64,000 nucleotides of DNA from a virus. Shown here piece after piece: positions 27,444 to 37,667 of this stretch; the stretch's first letter is position 1, and each line of letters begins with the position of its first letter. The notes beneath the pieces are model-generated. The model saw only the letters and a program-made list of their open reading frames with translations. It was not told the origin of the DNA and ran no database searches. The DNA lies in the IMG/VR virus record IMGVR_UViG_3300035180_002574, positions 1 through 64,000 of that record; one strand, given 5' to 3'. The translations under genes and the position numbers were made by a program.

Positions 27444-28076
27444 TTAGAATTTTTCTTTTATACCACTTGTGTTAAGTTTATTATATATACTAAATAATTT
27501 ATCAACCATTGATTCTAATTTTGGAATAGTATTATTAATGTCCTTTATTCTTTCAGCTATTCTTGGTCCGGCTTCTTGCGTTTTAGGTTCGGTTAATAAC
27601 GCGCCTTTTGTTCCTTTTAGTTTAGTTAGCATATCTAATAATTTTGAACGAATATCTGTATATTCCTGCACTTTAAGCCATGGTTTTCCGGCTACCAATA
27701 ATGGTTCGGCTTTTTGTAATAATGCATTTGCCTCATTTACCTTTGGCTCAGATGATGTCATAAAATCATATTTAGGATAAATCGTATCTTTAAACTTATC
27801 TACAATTGCAGGAGTTGTTGTTTGAGGCATCTTATTGATATCTTTAAGTTGAGATTCTGGTACTCTCGATTGTGGATATGAAGGTTCTTCTGGAAGAGTA
27901 CTTTGATTTTTTGTATCAACTACCGGTTCATGAGAACTAATTGGTTCATATGGTCCTGGAGGTAATCCTGGTTCTGTTTGAGCTAATGCTTTTAGAAAAG
28001 CTTTTCTATCACCATAGGTGGCAATTCTTTCGAATGATTTTGCTTTTGCTAGTAATTTGTCGATTTCCTTCATCAT
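27444..28076 (-). CDS. Hypothetical protein
   Basis: ORF track; AAGGA RBS. Confidence 0.75.
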   Translation of the reverse strand: MMKEIDKLLAKAKSFERIATYGDRKAFLKALAQTEPGLPPGPYEPISSHEPVVDTKNQSTLPEEPSYPQSRVPESQLKDINKMPQTTTPAIVDKFKDTIYPKYDFMTSSEPKVNEANALLQKAEPLLVAGKPWLKVQEYTDIRSKLLDMLTKLKGTKGALLTEPKTQEAGPRIAERIKDINNTIPKLESMVDKLFSIYNKLNTSGIKEKF

Positions 28077-28134
28077 ACATATCCTTTATCTAGACCTGTA
28101 AATTATGCACAGTTATGCACAGTTATTCCCATAA

Positions 28135-28617
28135 TTACTTCCTATTAAGAAAATCTTGGTTGTTAAATATATTATCTGGATTGGCGTCATGTACATGACT
28201 AGGGTCATTTGGATCAAATAACATATCTTGAATTGGTCTTGGCAATGTACTGGATGGACCCCCAGCTGGTAGATTTTTGTTGGCTAATAAGCTATAGATA
28301 TTTAACCTTTCAATATCTAGTGTAACACCCGGCGGTCCGTATTTGTTTGCTAATATGCTGGCAACCCCCGCCTTGACAAAAATTACGACGTCCGCATACT
28401 CACGGTTGGTATAGTCTGACAAATTATCTCGAATTACGAGGATGCGCAATTGGTTTAATTCCACATTCTGCGGGTAATTTGGATCAACAAGCATTTTGCT
28501 ATCGAATTCCTGACCACTCATTGAGTCGTCAATAAGTAGCTGTTGAATTAATTTATTCTTAATAGGAGGATTAATATCACTATTTACGAAAATTATGGCG
28601 GAAGGGACGGTAGTCAT
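28135..28617 (-). CDS. Hypothetical protein
   Basis: ORF track. Confidence 0.75.
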   Translation of the reverse strand: MTTVPSAIIFVNSDINPPIKNKLIQQLLIDDSMSGQEFDSKMLVDPNYPQNVELNQLRILVIRDNLSDYTNREYADVVIFVKAGVASILANKYGPPGVTLDIERLNIYSLLANKNLPAGGPSSTLPRPIQDMLFDPNDPSHVHDANPDNIFNNQDFLNRK

Positions 28618-28689
28618 ATAAATAATAGTATTTTATTGCCCTTGACAGGCAAAGTTCAAAGATTAATATGTCCATATTACGAGGTAACC

Positions 28690-29226
28690 ATGTCTGATTT
28701 GGAAATTCCAGAGTTTAAGTTCGCAATTCGTGAAGATTTGAACGATACAAAAGATTTATTCGTACCACATCGGGCTACAGCTCGATCTGCTGGTTGGGAT
28801 GTAAAAGCCGCAATGAAAGACCGCGCGCCTCTTGAAATGAATTTTGGCGATTGTGCTAAGATTCCTTTAGGGTTTCGCGCTTTTTGTCCAGATGGTTGGT
28901 GGTACGAATTGAAGCCGCGTTCTTCAACTTTCGGTAAAAAGAATCTCCATGCTTTATATGGAACCATTGATGAGGATTTTGAGGGCGAATTGGTGTTTGC
29001 CTGTCAGTATCTTCCAGATATAGATTTTCAACAGGGTTTAGAGGGATTATACTGCCGTCAGTTTAAATCTCTAAAAATAGAGTTTGGTGAAGCGATTGGT
29101 CAAATCATTCCAGTTCGTCGTCAAGACATGATTGTCACGCGTGTCTCCAATTCGGAGATAGAAGATCTCTATAAGCAAAGAGGCGCGGAACGTGGCGCTG
29201 GCGGATTTGGCTCTACCAGCAAATGA
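28690..29226 (+). CDS. dut: Trimeric dUTPase
   Basis: ATARSAGWD, PRSS, GTIDEDFEGE, GQII, RGAGGFGST; start at ATG 28690 after GAGG. Confidence 0.92.
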   Translation: MSDLEIPEFKFAIREDLNDTKDLFVPHRATARSAGWDVKAAMKDRAPLEMNFGDCAKIPLGFRAFCPDGWWYELKPRSSTFGKKNLHALYGTIDEDFEGELVFACQYLPDIDFQQGLEGLYCRQFKSLKIEFGEAIGQIIPVRRQDMIVTRVSNSEIEDLYKQRGAERGAGGFGSTSK

Positions 29227-30143
29227 AAGTTAATAATAAAACAACAACACAAAAAAAATCAATTAAAGGATATGATTTTGATCCTCGTGAAGACATTGTA
29301 GGTTCTTCCGAAAAATATGTTGAACCATGGTATGATCCTCATGCCGAACTAGAAAGAAATATGATGCATGAAAAGATTTTGAGCGCTAAAAAAGGTCTTA
29401 TAGACCAGATTCGATCTGAAACCGAAAAATCATGGGATGAAGAATTTCCTCAGTATGAGTATGAAGAATATGAGTCTGAAGAATATGAGCCGCTGAAGAA
29501 GCTTCCTAAGCAAGCAGTGGTTTTAGCTTCTGAAGAAGATCAGAAAGCAATAAATGATCTTCAATCAAGGCACCCGGAAATGTTTGGGTCATTGAAAAAA
29601 GAACACGCATCTTCATTTTACCCAAATGAAGCCTGGATTCAAACACATACCAGGGCTAGATTCACTCCAACAAAACCAATGGTTCAAGCCATTGATCTTG
29701 AAGATATAGCTCATTCTTTGTCATTGCAGTGTAGATTTGCTGGTCATTGTAGCGAATTCTATTCAGTTGCCCAGCATTCCGTATTAGTTAGCTATCTTTG
29801 CGGCGTTCAAGACGCTCTTTGGGGATTAATGCATGACGCCTCAGAAGCTTATCTAGTAGATGTGCCCAGACCTCTTAAAATATCTGGAAAGTTTGATAAG
29901 TACCTAGAATTCGAAAAAAATATGCAGGATGCCATTTGTGAAAGATTTCATTTGCCAAAAGAAGAGCCAATATCTGTTAAGGTGGCAGACCAGATTGCTT
30001 TGGCAACCGAGGTGAGAGATTTAATGGGCGGTCCAAGACCCGATTGGACCTTAGAGTTTGAACCTTTCCCAGCCAAAATAATTCCGCTATCTCCCAAAGA
30101 AGCTAAGGAATTGTTCCTTAAAAGATTTGCTTTTCTCAAGTAA
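29223..30143 (+). CDS. HD-domain 5'-deoxynucleotidase (YfbR-like) with an acidic N-terminal extension
   Basis: DIAHSLS..CRFAGH...YSVAQHS, MHDASEAY..D.P.PLK. Confidence 0.88.
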   Translation: MKVNNKTTTQKKSIKGYDFDPREDIVGSSEKYVEPWYDPHAELERNMMHEKILSAKKGLIDQIRSETEKSWDEEFPQYEYEEYESEEYEPLKKLPKQAVVLASEEDQKAINDLQSRHPEMFGSLKKEHASSFYPNEAWIQTHTRARFTPTKPMVQAIDLEDIAHSLSLQCRFAGHCSEFYSVAQHSVLVSYLCGVQDALWGLMHDASEAYLVDVPRPLKISGKFDKYLEFEKNMQDAICERFHLPKEEPISVKVADQIALATEVRDLMGGPRPDWTLEFEPFPAKIIPLSPKEAKELFLKRFAFLK

Positions 30144-30173
30144 ATCAATTATTATATTTGATATAAATAATGT

Positions 30174-30464
30174 ATGAATGAAGAAAATCCACGCCCAAAT
30201 GTTAAAATTGTCATCGCAAAAAAAGATGATAAAAAAGAGCCCAAACCAAAATATTATTATGATGTAAAGGTTGAAGTAATGCTTCCGGCAACCCTAACCT
30301 ATAGGGTCTTGGCGGAAGATGCCAATCAAGCAGCAGCAATGATAAAAAACTTACAACCTAATTCTGTTAATCATAAATTGATTGGAAGAAAAGAATTGAG
30401 ACTAAAAGTTTATGATGCGGGCAGCTCTATGATTAGATTTGTAAAAGAATTATTTGGAAAATAA
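30174..30464 (+). CDS. Hypothetical protein
   Basis: ORF track. Confidence 0.7.
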   Translation: MNEENPRPNVKIVIAKKDDKKEPKPKYYYDVKVEVMLPATLTYRVLAEDANQAAAMIKNLQPNSVNHKLIGRKELRLKVYDAGSSMIRFVKELFGK

Positions 30465-30946
30465 TGTATAATAGATTTCTTAAGGAAATACAAACCAAAA
30501 CAGGTAGAGGAGTATCTTCTACGGTTGATATTCCTGCCGGTCAGCCCATCACCGAAATGGTGGGTGATATTGTTACCTATGATCAGGTAGTGAATCCTGA
30601 TATGTTTTTACAAATTAGTCATCTGTGGTTTATCGGACCGTCTGGTGGTTTAGATGATTTATTTAATCATAGTTGTGATCCTAATTCCTATTTACATATC
30701 GTAGGGAAAAGGGCTATATTGATTTCTTTATATATGATTCCGGCTAATACGGAAATCACATTTGATTATTCTTTGTCTGCTACAGATACCTATGATTCTT
30801 GGAAGATGGACTGTAAATGTGAGTCTACAAATTGTAGGAAAATAATTAGTGGATATCAATATTTAAGTGAAGAAGTAAAGAATAATTATAAGAAACTTGG
30901 AATTGTGCCAATATTTTTGGCGGAGAAAGCTTTTCAGGGACGGTAA
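30464..30946 (+). CDS. SET-domain lysine methyltransferase with post-SET cysteines
   Basis: GRGV, FNHSCDPN, EITFDY, CKCESTNCR. Confidence 0.92.
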   Translation: MYNRFLKEIQTKTGRGVSSTVDIPAGQPITEMVGDIVTYDQVVNPDMFLQISHLWFIGPSGGLDDLFNHSCDPNSYLHIVGKRAILISLYMIPANTEITFDYSLSATDTYDSWKMDCKCESTNCRKIISGYQYLSEEVKNNYKKLGIVPIFLAEKAFQGR

Positions 30947-30949
30947 TAA

Positions 30950-31582
30950 ATGAGTTTAAAATTCTATGTGATAGATACTGAAACAACTGGATTAAAAGCC
31001 AATTATCATGAAATGACAGAAATTGGTATTATTAGATGTACAGATAGGGTTCAACTACATAGGTTGATTAAGTGCGAATATCCAGAGAGGGCTAATTTTG
31101 ACGCTTTGGCTATCACTAAAAAAACATTAGCTGATTTGGAGCGCGGTAGCGATCGAGCAGCCGTCGTATCTGAATGTAATAAGTTTTTTCAGGAAGATGG
31201 AGCAACTCCCGCTCATCGTTGCATTGTCGCGCACAATGCCCCCTTTGATCGTAAATTTTTACACGCGTTATGGGAACAATGTGGAGAACAATTTCCAGCT
31301 AATTTGTGGTTGGACACCATTGCTTTAACCAAAGTTTACGCCAAACAAATTGGTTTGGTTAAACCAAAGGTCAACTTACACGCCGCATGTGATATTGTTG
31401 GAATTAAGAAGATTTCTGAAGCACATAATGCAAAGGTAGACTCTAGAAACACCTATCTGCTTCATAGAGATTTAGTTGAAGTAAAACAAGTGGATTACCT
31501 TCCTCTTATAAAAACTGCTATTCACGATTTTGCATCATCTGGATCAGATGATGGTCTTGATCCTTCATTATTAGATTTATGA
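30950..31582 (+). CDS. DEDDh 3'-5' exonuclease (DnaQ-like)
   Basis: IDTETTG, AHNAPFD, HNAKVD. Confidence 0.9.
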   Translation: MSLKFYVIDTETTGLKANYHEMTEIGIIRCTDRVQLHRLIKCEYPERANFDALAITKKTLADLERGSDRAAVVSECNKFFQEDGATPAHRCIVAHNAPFDRKFLHALWEQCGEQFPANLWLDTIALTKVYAKQIGLVKPKVNLHAACDIVGIKKISEAHNAKVDSRNTYLLHRDLVEVKQVDYLPLIKTAIHDFASSGSDDGLDPSLLDL

Positions 31583-32229
31583 GAAACTACAGCCTGGAAT
31601 CTTTTTATTTCAAAATCAGAAAAGATATTTTGTTGATTGAGTCATATTCGGAAATTCCAGAACTATCAAAAATCATAAAAGCTTGTCGTCTCGTCCCGCA
31701 AGATAAAGTGCAAAGAAAAATAACAATCTATCGAGATTGGATAGACGAGTTTGGAAATAAATTATCAATTGATAAAAACAAAAAACCTATCATTTCTTTA
31801 AATGATCTATCCATTGATAGATCTAAATTACCTACATCAGATTTATATTATGGTTTAGATTTGGATAGACAATTAAAGATAAGTAAATTATTATATATTT
31901 GCTATGGGCAAGATGATGACGATTTTACTAAAATGTACTGTGTTACATATTTAGGATTGGATAATTATCTTAGAAGTTTTATTAATTTTGGTGATGGAGA
32001 ATGGATTAGAGTTTCTCCTTTAATACTTGGAATGAAACATTTATCCAATATTTTTACAAATTTGGACGTCCGCTATTTTATAGAATTCCCGAATAAAGAA
32101 AAATTACCATTCCCTTGCCTTTCGGGTCGGGCGTGGCTAAGTTGTATTCCGGTCCCGATGGACCTTGAACGATATGCAGATAAGGAGCATGAGGCTCTTT
32201 ACTCAGTTATAAAACAAAAAGGAAAATGA
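31579..32229 (+). CDS. Hypothetical protein
   Basis: ORF track; ATGA overlap. Confidence 0.7.
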   Translation: MRNYSLESFYFKIRKDILLIESYSEIPELSKIIKACRLVPQDKVQRKITIYRDWIDEFGNKLSIDKNKKPIISLNDLSIDRSKLPTSDLYYGLDLDRQLKISKLLYICYGQDDDDFTKMYCVTYLGLDNYLRSFINFGDGEWIRVSPLILGMKHLSNIFTNLDVRYFIEFPNKEKLPFPCLSGRAWLSCIPVPMDLERYADKEHEALYSVIKQKGK

Positions 32230-32236
32230 AGCAAAT

Positions 32237-32449
32237 ATGTCAGACGATAAATTAGAGTTCGAGGGCGAAGTAATAGATTCTAACAAAGGTCAATTCAAAG
32301 TTAAAGTCAATGAAAATGTCATTGTTCTTTGCTCTTTGAGCGGTAAAATTCGCATGAATTCAATCAAAATCCTTACTGGGGATAAAGTTAGAATTGAAGT
32401 ATCGCCATACGATACGACCAAGGGAAGAATCGTTCACCGTTTTAAGTGA
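32237..32449 (+). CDS. infA: Translation initiation factor IF-1
   Basis: LEFEGEV...LSGKIRMNSIKILTGDKVRIEVSPYDTTKGRIVHR. Confidence 0.95.
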   Translation: MSDDKLEFEGEVIDSNKGQFKVKVNENVIVLCSLSGKIRMNSIKILTGDKVRIEVSPYDTTKGRIVHRFK

Positions 32450-32450
32450 A

Positions 32451-33377
32451 TTAAACAACGGCTTCTTCTATCTGGTCTAAGAACTCATCATACTTCTGCA
32501 TCACCTGTTCCGATCTCGCTTGAGTTTGTGGAACGGTTGGTGCAGGAGTTTTTTGTGTTTTAGCTTCAGCAGCGCTGGCATAAGTTTTATATGAGCCAGG
32601 CTTATCAGAAATGAACGGTATAAATTCTTTATACTTTGGATCCGTCATTATCTGTTCTAAAGTTAAAGGACCAATGGTTTTGCCATTTTTTTTAAATATA
32701 AAATTGCCTGTTAATCTGGTCCCATGTGAATAATCAGCATAATCAAGCCCATGGTTAGATTGTCTAAATCCCTGAATTGGTTTACCATTAGTATCATACC
32801 AACCAGTTGCATGCACAAAGTTTGGATCTCCTTCTGGAACTATGAGATCTTTCATGCCGCCACCATAAATGGTATTATCATCAGCCTTGTACTTCGCCAT
32901 CTCTTTTTGATATGAATCGCTAAAATTAGCAATTTCTTTAGAAGAAGTAATGGCATGAGAGCTAGGATCAATGGGCTTCGGTGGTATCTTCGCAGTAGAA
33001 GCTTCATAAATTTGTTTGGACATCTTACCTGTTGGTAAACTTAGTCCAAAGTGGTGGGCGATCCTCTCCGCAACAACAGGAGAGACCGGCACCTTAAGAC
33101 CATCAATGGTCAGATAATCTGGCATGACGTCATAGCTGGCGGACACTCCGTTTACCGGAGGTAATGTCACTGCCACCATTCTGGGTGGTGGCATCTTAAT
33201 CGCTTCTTGATAGACCAGTTCATCCCTATCTTTCCCCATAGGAAGAGCCATGAATCTTTCTCGGAAAGATCCTTTTTTTGGAGCGATTGGGGCGCCTAAT
33301 TTCTGAAGAGCCTCTTTTCTTTTTAAGATTGCCCAGCTCCTGAGTTGCACTATTCTATCTGATTCAAAACGACTCAT
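32451..33377 (-). CDS. Uncharacterised protein, paralogue of the next gene
   Basis: LPTGKM, GW...GKPIQ, H..DYADYSHG.RL. Confidence 0.8.
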   Translation of the reverse strand: MSRFESDRIVQLRSWAILKRKEALQKLGAPIAPKKGSFRERFMALPMGKDRDELVYQEAIKMPPPRMVAVTLPPVNGVSASYDVMPDYLTIDGLKVPVSPVVAERIAHHFGLSLPTGKMSKQIYEASTAKIPPKPIDPSSHAITSSKEIANFSDSYQKEMAKYKADDNTIYGGGMKDLIVPEGDPNFVHATGWYDTNGKPIQGFRQSNHGLDYADYSHGTRLTGNFIFKKNGKTIGPLTLEQIMTDPKYKEFIPFISDKPGSYKTYASAAEAKTQKTPAPTVPQTQARSEQVMQKYDEFLDQIEEAVV

Positions 33378-33380
33378 GTA

Positions 33381-34184
33381 TTAATACCTGGTAAATAGTA
33401 GAGGACCCTCATCGCTAAGCAATTTACTTAATACTGGATCAGTAAAAGCCTGGTGTATTCTCATGGGAGATCCATTTACCATTATATCATTAGCGATTAA
33501 TCTAATACCATGACTATAGTCAGCATATAAATCATCGTGATCTGATGGATTTAGATCTTGAATTGGCTTGCCGTCTGGCAAAAGGAACCACCCATAGATG
33601 GCTACCCTTTTATTAGGATTATTTGGTCTTAAAGCATTGGTAAGAACCACATCTTTCTTGTGCCCTGTCGTCAAGGCACTGTGATCTAGACCAACCAATT
33701 GATTATTAATGGTTGAGTTATGAACACCTATTCTATAGGTTGATAGCATTTCTAGATTGTAAGGGGGTCCCCAAGGTTTAGGCGCTAACTTATTTTTAGC
33801 AGAACTCCAAATATCATTGCACATTTTTCTAGTTGGTAAAGTACAATCATATTTATCAGCGATGGCTTGAGCAGTATGAGGATTCATTGGCATACGAACA
33901 TAATCTTGTTCACTTCCAATAGATAATACATCGGGCATTACTAAATAGGTAATTTTATTTGTGCCATCAGATAATTCAATAGGGACCATTCTTCTTAAAA
34001 AGTCCGGAATGTTACCGTGAATAAATTCACTAAGAATATTTTGTTCACGAACAGCTCCGCTCAAATTCATATTGTTTTGAATGAAGGCAGAACCCGTTAT
34101 AGATCCTGGGTCGCGCGGAGGAATAGGACCACCGCTACCTGCAATACCATTAAGAGCACTAAAAATATCTATTGTCATAACCAT
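33381..34184 (-). CDS. Uncharacterised protein (GHKKDVV / YGW / YADYSHG family)
   Basis: Motifs shared with 32451-33377. Confidence 0.8.
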   Translation of the reverse strand: MVMTIDIFSALNGIAGSGGPIPPRDPGSITGSAFIQNNMNLSGAVREQNILSEFIHGNIPDFLRRMVPIELSDGTNKITYLVMPDVLSIGSEQDYVRMPMNPHTAQAIADKYDCTLPTRKMCNDIWSSAKNKLAPKPWGPPYNLEMLSTYRIGVHNSTINNQLVGLDHSALTTGHKKDVVLTNALRPNNPNKRVAIYGWFLLPDGKPIQDLNPSDHDDLYADYSHGIRLIANDIMVNGSPMRIHQAFTDPVLSKLLSDEGPLLFTRY

Positions 34185-34295
34185 CTCCCTTTAACTTACA
34201 TACTTGTATGTAAAAATATTCTATTTAAGACAGGCTTGACTTCTAATTTTTAGTAATTATGGTTTAGAAAAACGCGCTTCATTTGCGGAGTAATT

Positions 34296-35351
34296 ATGAA
34301 CATAATTGAAGGTTTAACATTTGATGACGTCCTACTTGTCCCCAAATATTCTTTGGTTGGTAGTAGGTCGGAAATAGATATTTCAGCGAGTATGGGTGAT
34401 TATAAATTCAATCATCCTATCATACCCGCTAATATGAAAACCATAACTGGAAGAGAGATGGCACTAGAAGTCTCTAGATCTGGTGGGCTATCTATTTTAC
34501 ATAGATTTATGCCAATTGAAGATCAGTTTGAAATCGCTAAAGACATGATAGATGAATTTGGTTTATCAAAACAATTTGCGGTTTCTGTTGGAATTAAAAA
34601 CGAAGATAAATTATCGGTTAATACTTTTTATGAAATAGGAGTTAGGATTTTTTGCATAGATATTGCGCATGGTGATTCAGCTCATTGTGAATCCATGACA
34701 AAATGGATGAAAGAAACTTATCCAGACATATTTTTGATTGCGGGAAATATTGCAACCAGAGAAGGCGCTAGAAGATTGTGGCTGGCAGGGGCTGATGCTG
34801 TAAAAGTTGGTATTGGACCTGGCTCACTTTGTACGACCAGAATTGAAACTGGAAATGGGGTGCCTCAACTTACAGCTTTAGAAGACGTATATAATGAAAA
34901 AACCACATTGCGCAAGCAATATTGGTGTGATGAGACTCGTAGATGGAAAAGCTCAATCTCGCGAGAGATTTATATTATCGCAGATGGTGGGATTAAATCC
35001 GCTGGAGATATTGTTAAAGCCCTATGTTTTTCAGATATGGTCATGGCTGGCAATTTATTTGCTGGGTGTGTGGAAACTCCCGGAACAACGTTATTGATTG
35101 ACGGGCATTCATATAAAGAATATGCTGGCAGCTCTACTCATAAGAATTCTCATAAGGAAGGTGTGGTCGCCCTAGTTAATTCTAAGGGAAGATTTCAGGA
35201 TGTACTTACTAAATTATTAGAGGGGTTACGTTCCGGATGTTCTTATCAAGGCGCAAGAAATTTAACAGATCTTAGGGTTAATCCGACATTTGTTAAGATA
35301 ACATCTGCTGGTTTGAAAGAGTCTCACCCACACGACGTTATCGTTAAATGA
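34296..35351 (+). CDS. IMP dehydrogenase / GMP reductase family, no CBS domains; more likely GMP reductase
   Basis: [34 protein letters not shown]; short flap lacking the IMPDH RY dyad. Confidence 0.9.
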   Translation: MNIIEGLTFDDVLLVPKYSLVGSRSEIDISASMGDYKFNHPIIPANMKTITGREMALEVSRSGGLSILHRFMPIEDQFEIAKDMIDEFGLSKQFAVSVGIKNEDKLSVNTFYEIGVRIFCIDIAHGDSAHCESMTKWMKETYPDIFLIAGNIATREGARRLWLAGADAVKVGIGPGSLCTTRIETGNGVPQLTALEDVYNEKTTLRKQYWCDETRRWKSSISREIYIIADGGIKSAGDIVKALCFSDMVMAGNLFAGCVETPGTTLLIDGHSYKEYAGSSTHKNSHKEGVVALVNSKGRFQDVLTKLLEGLRSGCSYQGARNLTDLRVNPTFVKITSAGLKESHPHDVIVK

Positions 35352-35358
35352 GTTAAAT

Positions 35359-35544
35359 ATGTGGAAGACTAAAAAAGATCTATTACAGATAATTTCTTGG
35401 ATTTTTGCAGGAATTGTCATTATTCAAAGTCTTATATCTGGTATAAAATATGGTTGTTGGGGCGGGTTTATTGTTTTATTGGTTGGGGCGGTGTTAGGAA
35501 CTGCTTATTACTATTACAAAATTAGTCAATTCAAACAAATTTGA
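35359..35544 (+). CDS. Small two-TM membrane protein
   Basis: Two hydrophobic segments. Confidence 0.6.
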   Translation: MWKTKKDLLQIISWIFAGIVIIQSLISGIKYGCWGGFIVLLVGAVLGTAYYYYKISQFKQI

Positions 35545-35550
35545 GAATAC

Positions 35551-36468
35551 ATGAATACAGAAGAAAGAGCTTACCTAGACTTATTGACCAAGATAATTAA
35601 CCTTGGCGATGAGAGGTTAGATAGGACGGGCGTAGGTACATATTCTTTATTTGGGAGTCAGCTTAGATTCTCATTGGAAAATAATCAAATACCAATGTTG
35701 ACTACTAAAAAGATGTTTTCTAAAGGCGTTATCGAAGAGCTTCTCTTCTTCCTTCGAGGAGATACGGATACTAAAATATTGGAAGAAGCTGGCGTCAATA
35801 TTTGGAAGGGTAATACTACCCGAGACTTCTTAGATAAACGAGGTTTGGCATATCTTCCAGAAGGAGATATGGGAAAAGGATATGGTTTTCAATGGAGAAA
35901 TTTTGGAGGACAAACCTATAACAACTCTTCTCCGCACTTTTGGAAAATTATGTCGTCTCCTCCCGGAACCGATCAATTACTAGAATTAATTGATGGGTTA
36001 CAAAAAGATCCTTTCGGTCGCAGACATATTATAACTGCTTGGAACCCAAATCAGTTAGACGAAATGGCATTACCCCCATGTCATATATTAGTTCAGTTCT
36101 ATGTAAGTTCTGACAATAAATTATCTTCTCAGTTTTATATGAGATCGGTAGATTCCTTTTTAGGACTTCCGTTTAATATCTTGAGCTATGCTATTTTGAC
36201 CCGTATTGTGGCTCAGACAGTGGGTATGGAAGCCAAAGAAATTGTTTTCGTGGGCGGCGACACACATGTTTATAAGAATCATCTTCAGCAGGTGGTGACA
36301 CAGATCGGTCGCAACCCACATGAATTTCCTACATTGACCATAAACGCCAACTTATCTGGCGGTAATATTGATGAAAAAATTCAGGCAATCGAAAATCTAA
36401 AATTAGAAAATTTCGTAATTGAAGGATACCGAAGTCATCCGGCAATTAAGGCAGAGATGGCGATATAA
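35551..36468 (+). CDS. thyA: Thymidylate synthase
   Basis: DRTGVGT, ALPPCH, RSVDSFLGLPFN, GDTHVYKNH. Confidence 0.97.
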   Translation: MNTEERAYLDLLTKIINLGDERLDRTGVGTYSLFGSQLRFSLENNQIPMLTTKKMFSKGVIEELLFFLRGDTDTKILEEAGVNIWKGNTTRDFLDKRGLAYLPEGDMGKGYGFQWRNFGGQTYNNSSPHFWKIMSSPPGTDQLLELIDGLQKDPFGRRHIITAWNPNQLDEMALPPCHILVQFYVSSDNKLSSQFYMRSVDSFLGLPFNILSYAILTRIVAQTVGMEAKEIVFVGGDTHVYKNHLQQVVTQIGRNPHEFPTLTINANLSGGNIDEKIQAIENLKLENFVIEGYRSHPAIKAEMAI

Positions 36469-36968
36469 TGTTTCCCACGGTAACTATGATAGCTGCCGTC
36501 TCCCAAGATGGAGTTTTGGGAGTAGATGGCAAGATACCTTGGATTGGGAAATATCCTTCCGATCTTAAACGCTTTAAAAGATTAACATCTGGAGCCAGTG
36601 TGGTGATGGGATCCAAAACATACCAATCCATTGGCAAACCACTGCCAAATAGACATAACTATGTGGTAAGTAGCCAGCCACACTTATATCCAGAAGTGTC
36701 GGTAGTAAATAGACCGTTTACTGCTGTTAGAGAATCATTTTATGTACATCCGACATCCAATGTTTGGATTATTGGCGGAGCATCTATTTATCTGCAATCA
36801 ATGGGTATTGCTGATTATATTGATCTTACTATTATACCAGAAACTATAAATCCATATCACACACATGATATAGCAAGATTTCCATGGATTAATCCATGTC
36901 AATTTAGAATTGTAAGGTCAGATCCTGGTGAAGATGGATTGCTTCATCTTTTATATCAGAAATATTAG
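36468..36968 (+). CDS. folA: Dihydrofolate reductase
   Basis: IPW..DLKRFK, VVMGSKT..SIGKPLPNRHN, IIGGASIY. Confidence 0.93.
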   Translation: MFPTVTMIAAVSQDGVLGVDGKIPWIGKYPSDLKRFKRLTSGASVVMGSKTYQSIGKPLPNRHNYVVSSQPHLYPEVSVVNRPFTAVRESFYVHPTSNVWIIGGASIYLQSMGIADYIDLTIIPETINPYHTHDIARFPWINPCQFRIVRSDPGEDGLLHLLYQKY

Positions 36969-37576
36969 ATCATACCGAGAATCACATCTAGCGGAAATCC
37001 TGAGCCGGGATCTGTGTGATTAGATTTTTTAAATGCCTTGGACACTTCTGCGTGGGTAGTTATGCCTTTCTTGCCAGCTATAAGTCCAGCAGCATCCACG
37101 AATTGAGTTGGTATTCCATAAGTACTACACCAACTAGAAATAATTGAAGCTGCATTCTTTAAGGTTTTCTGGCGCTTAAGCCAGTCTTCTCTTTTCATAG
37201 AGGCATATCCAACAATCTCGATATGTAAACCGTCCCTGTTAGCCCCCGGTGCTGCCCAAGGCTCTGCCGCATCTGGCAAAGTTCTAAATACTCCATCCTC
37301 ACCTACAACAAACTGAGTTGAACCAGTTGATTGAGGGGCTTGGAAGTATTGCGCCGTACTCTTGGCGCTTCCGCTTTCGGTGGAATGTATAACAACCCAC
37401 TTAATATTTTTGAGATCCCTAGCCCCACTATCATGCTTGGCACGAAGAGTTTGAACCTCATCACTCATTTGAGGTTTTTGCTGCACCCCCGAGCCTGGAA
37501 TTTCTTTTTCTATCTGCTCGTATAGATCCTGTAATTGTTGGTCTATTTGAGCGATGTACTGGCTAATTTTTCTCAT
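36965..37576 (-). CDS. N-acetylmuramoyl-L-alanine amidase (Amidase_2)
   Basis: VVIHSTE, ANRDGLHIEI, THAEV, HTDPG; start reassigned to ATG 37576. Confidence 0.88.
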   Translation of the reverse strand: MRKISQYIAQIDQQLQDLYEQIEKEIPGSGVQQKPQMSDEVQTLRAKHDSGARDLKNIKWVVIHSTESGSAKSTAQYFQAPQSTGSTQFVVGEDGVFRTLPDAAEPWAAPGANRDGLHIEIVGYASMKREDWLKRQKTLKNAASIISSWCSTYGIPTQFVDAAGLIAGKKGITTHAEVSKAFKKSNHTDPGSGFPLDVILGMI

Positions 37577-37614
37577 GGAGAAATACAGAAAAATTAGCAG
37601 AATGCTAAGAAACA

Positions 37615-37649
37615 AAAATCCCACGAATATAAAATATTCGTGGGATTTT
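37615..37649 (-). terminator. 16-bp perfect inverted repeat, terminator-like
   Basis: AAAATCCCACGAATAT-AAA-ATATTCGTGGGATTTT. Confidence 0.8.
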
Positions 37650-37667
37650 AAATTTCAGAAAATTATT

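Noticed and set aside
37577-37624. Hydrophobic N-terminal extension (signal or SAR) on the amidase in the ORF track
   Set aside because: The GTG start lies inside a perfect terminator-like inverted repeat; ATG 37576 is more plausible, so a signal anchor is not supported.
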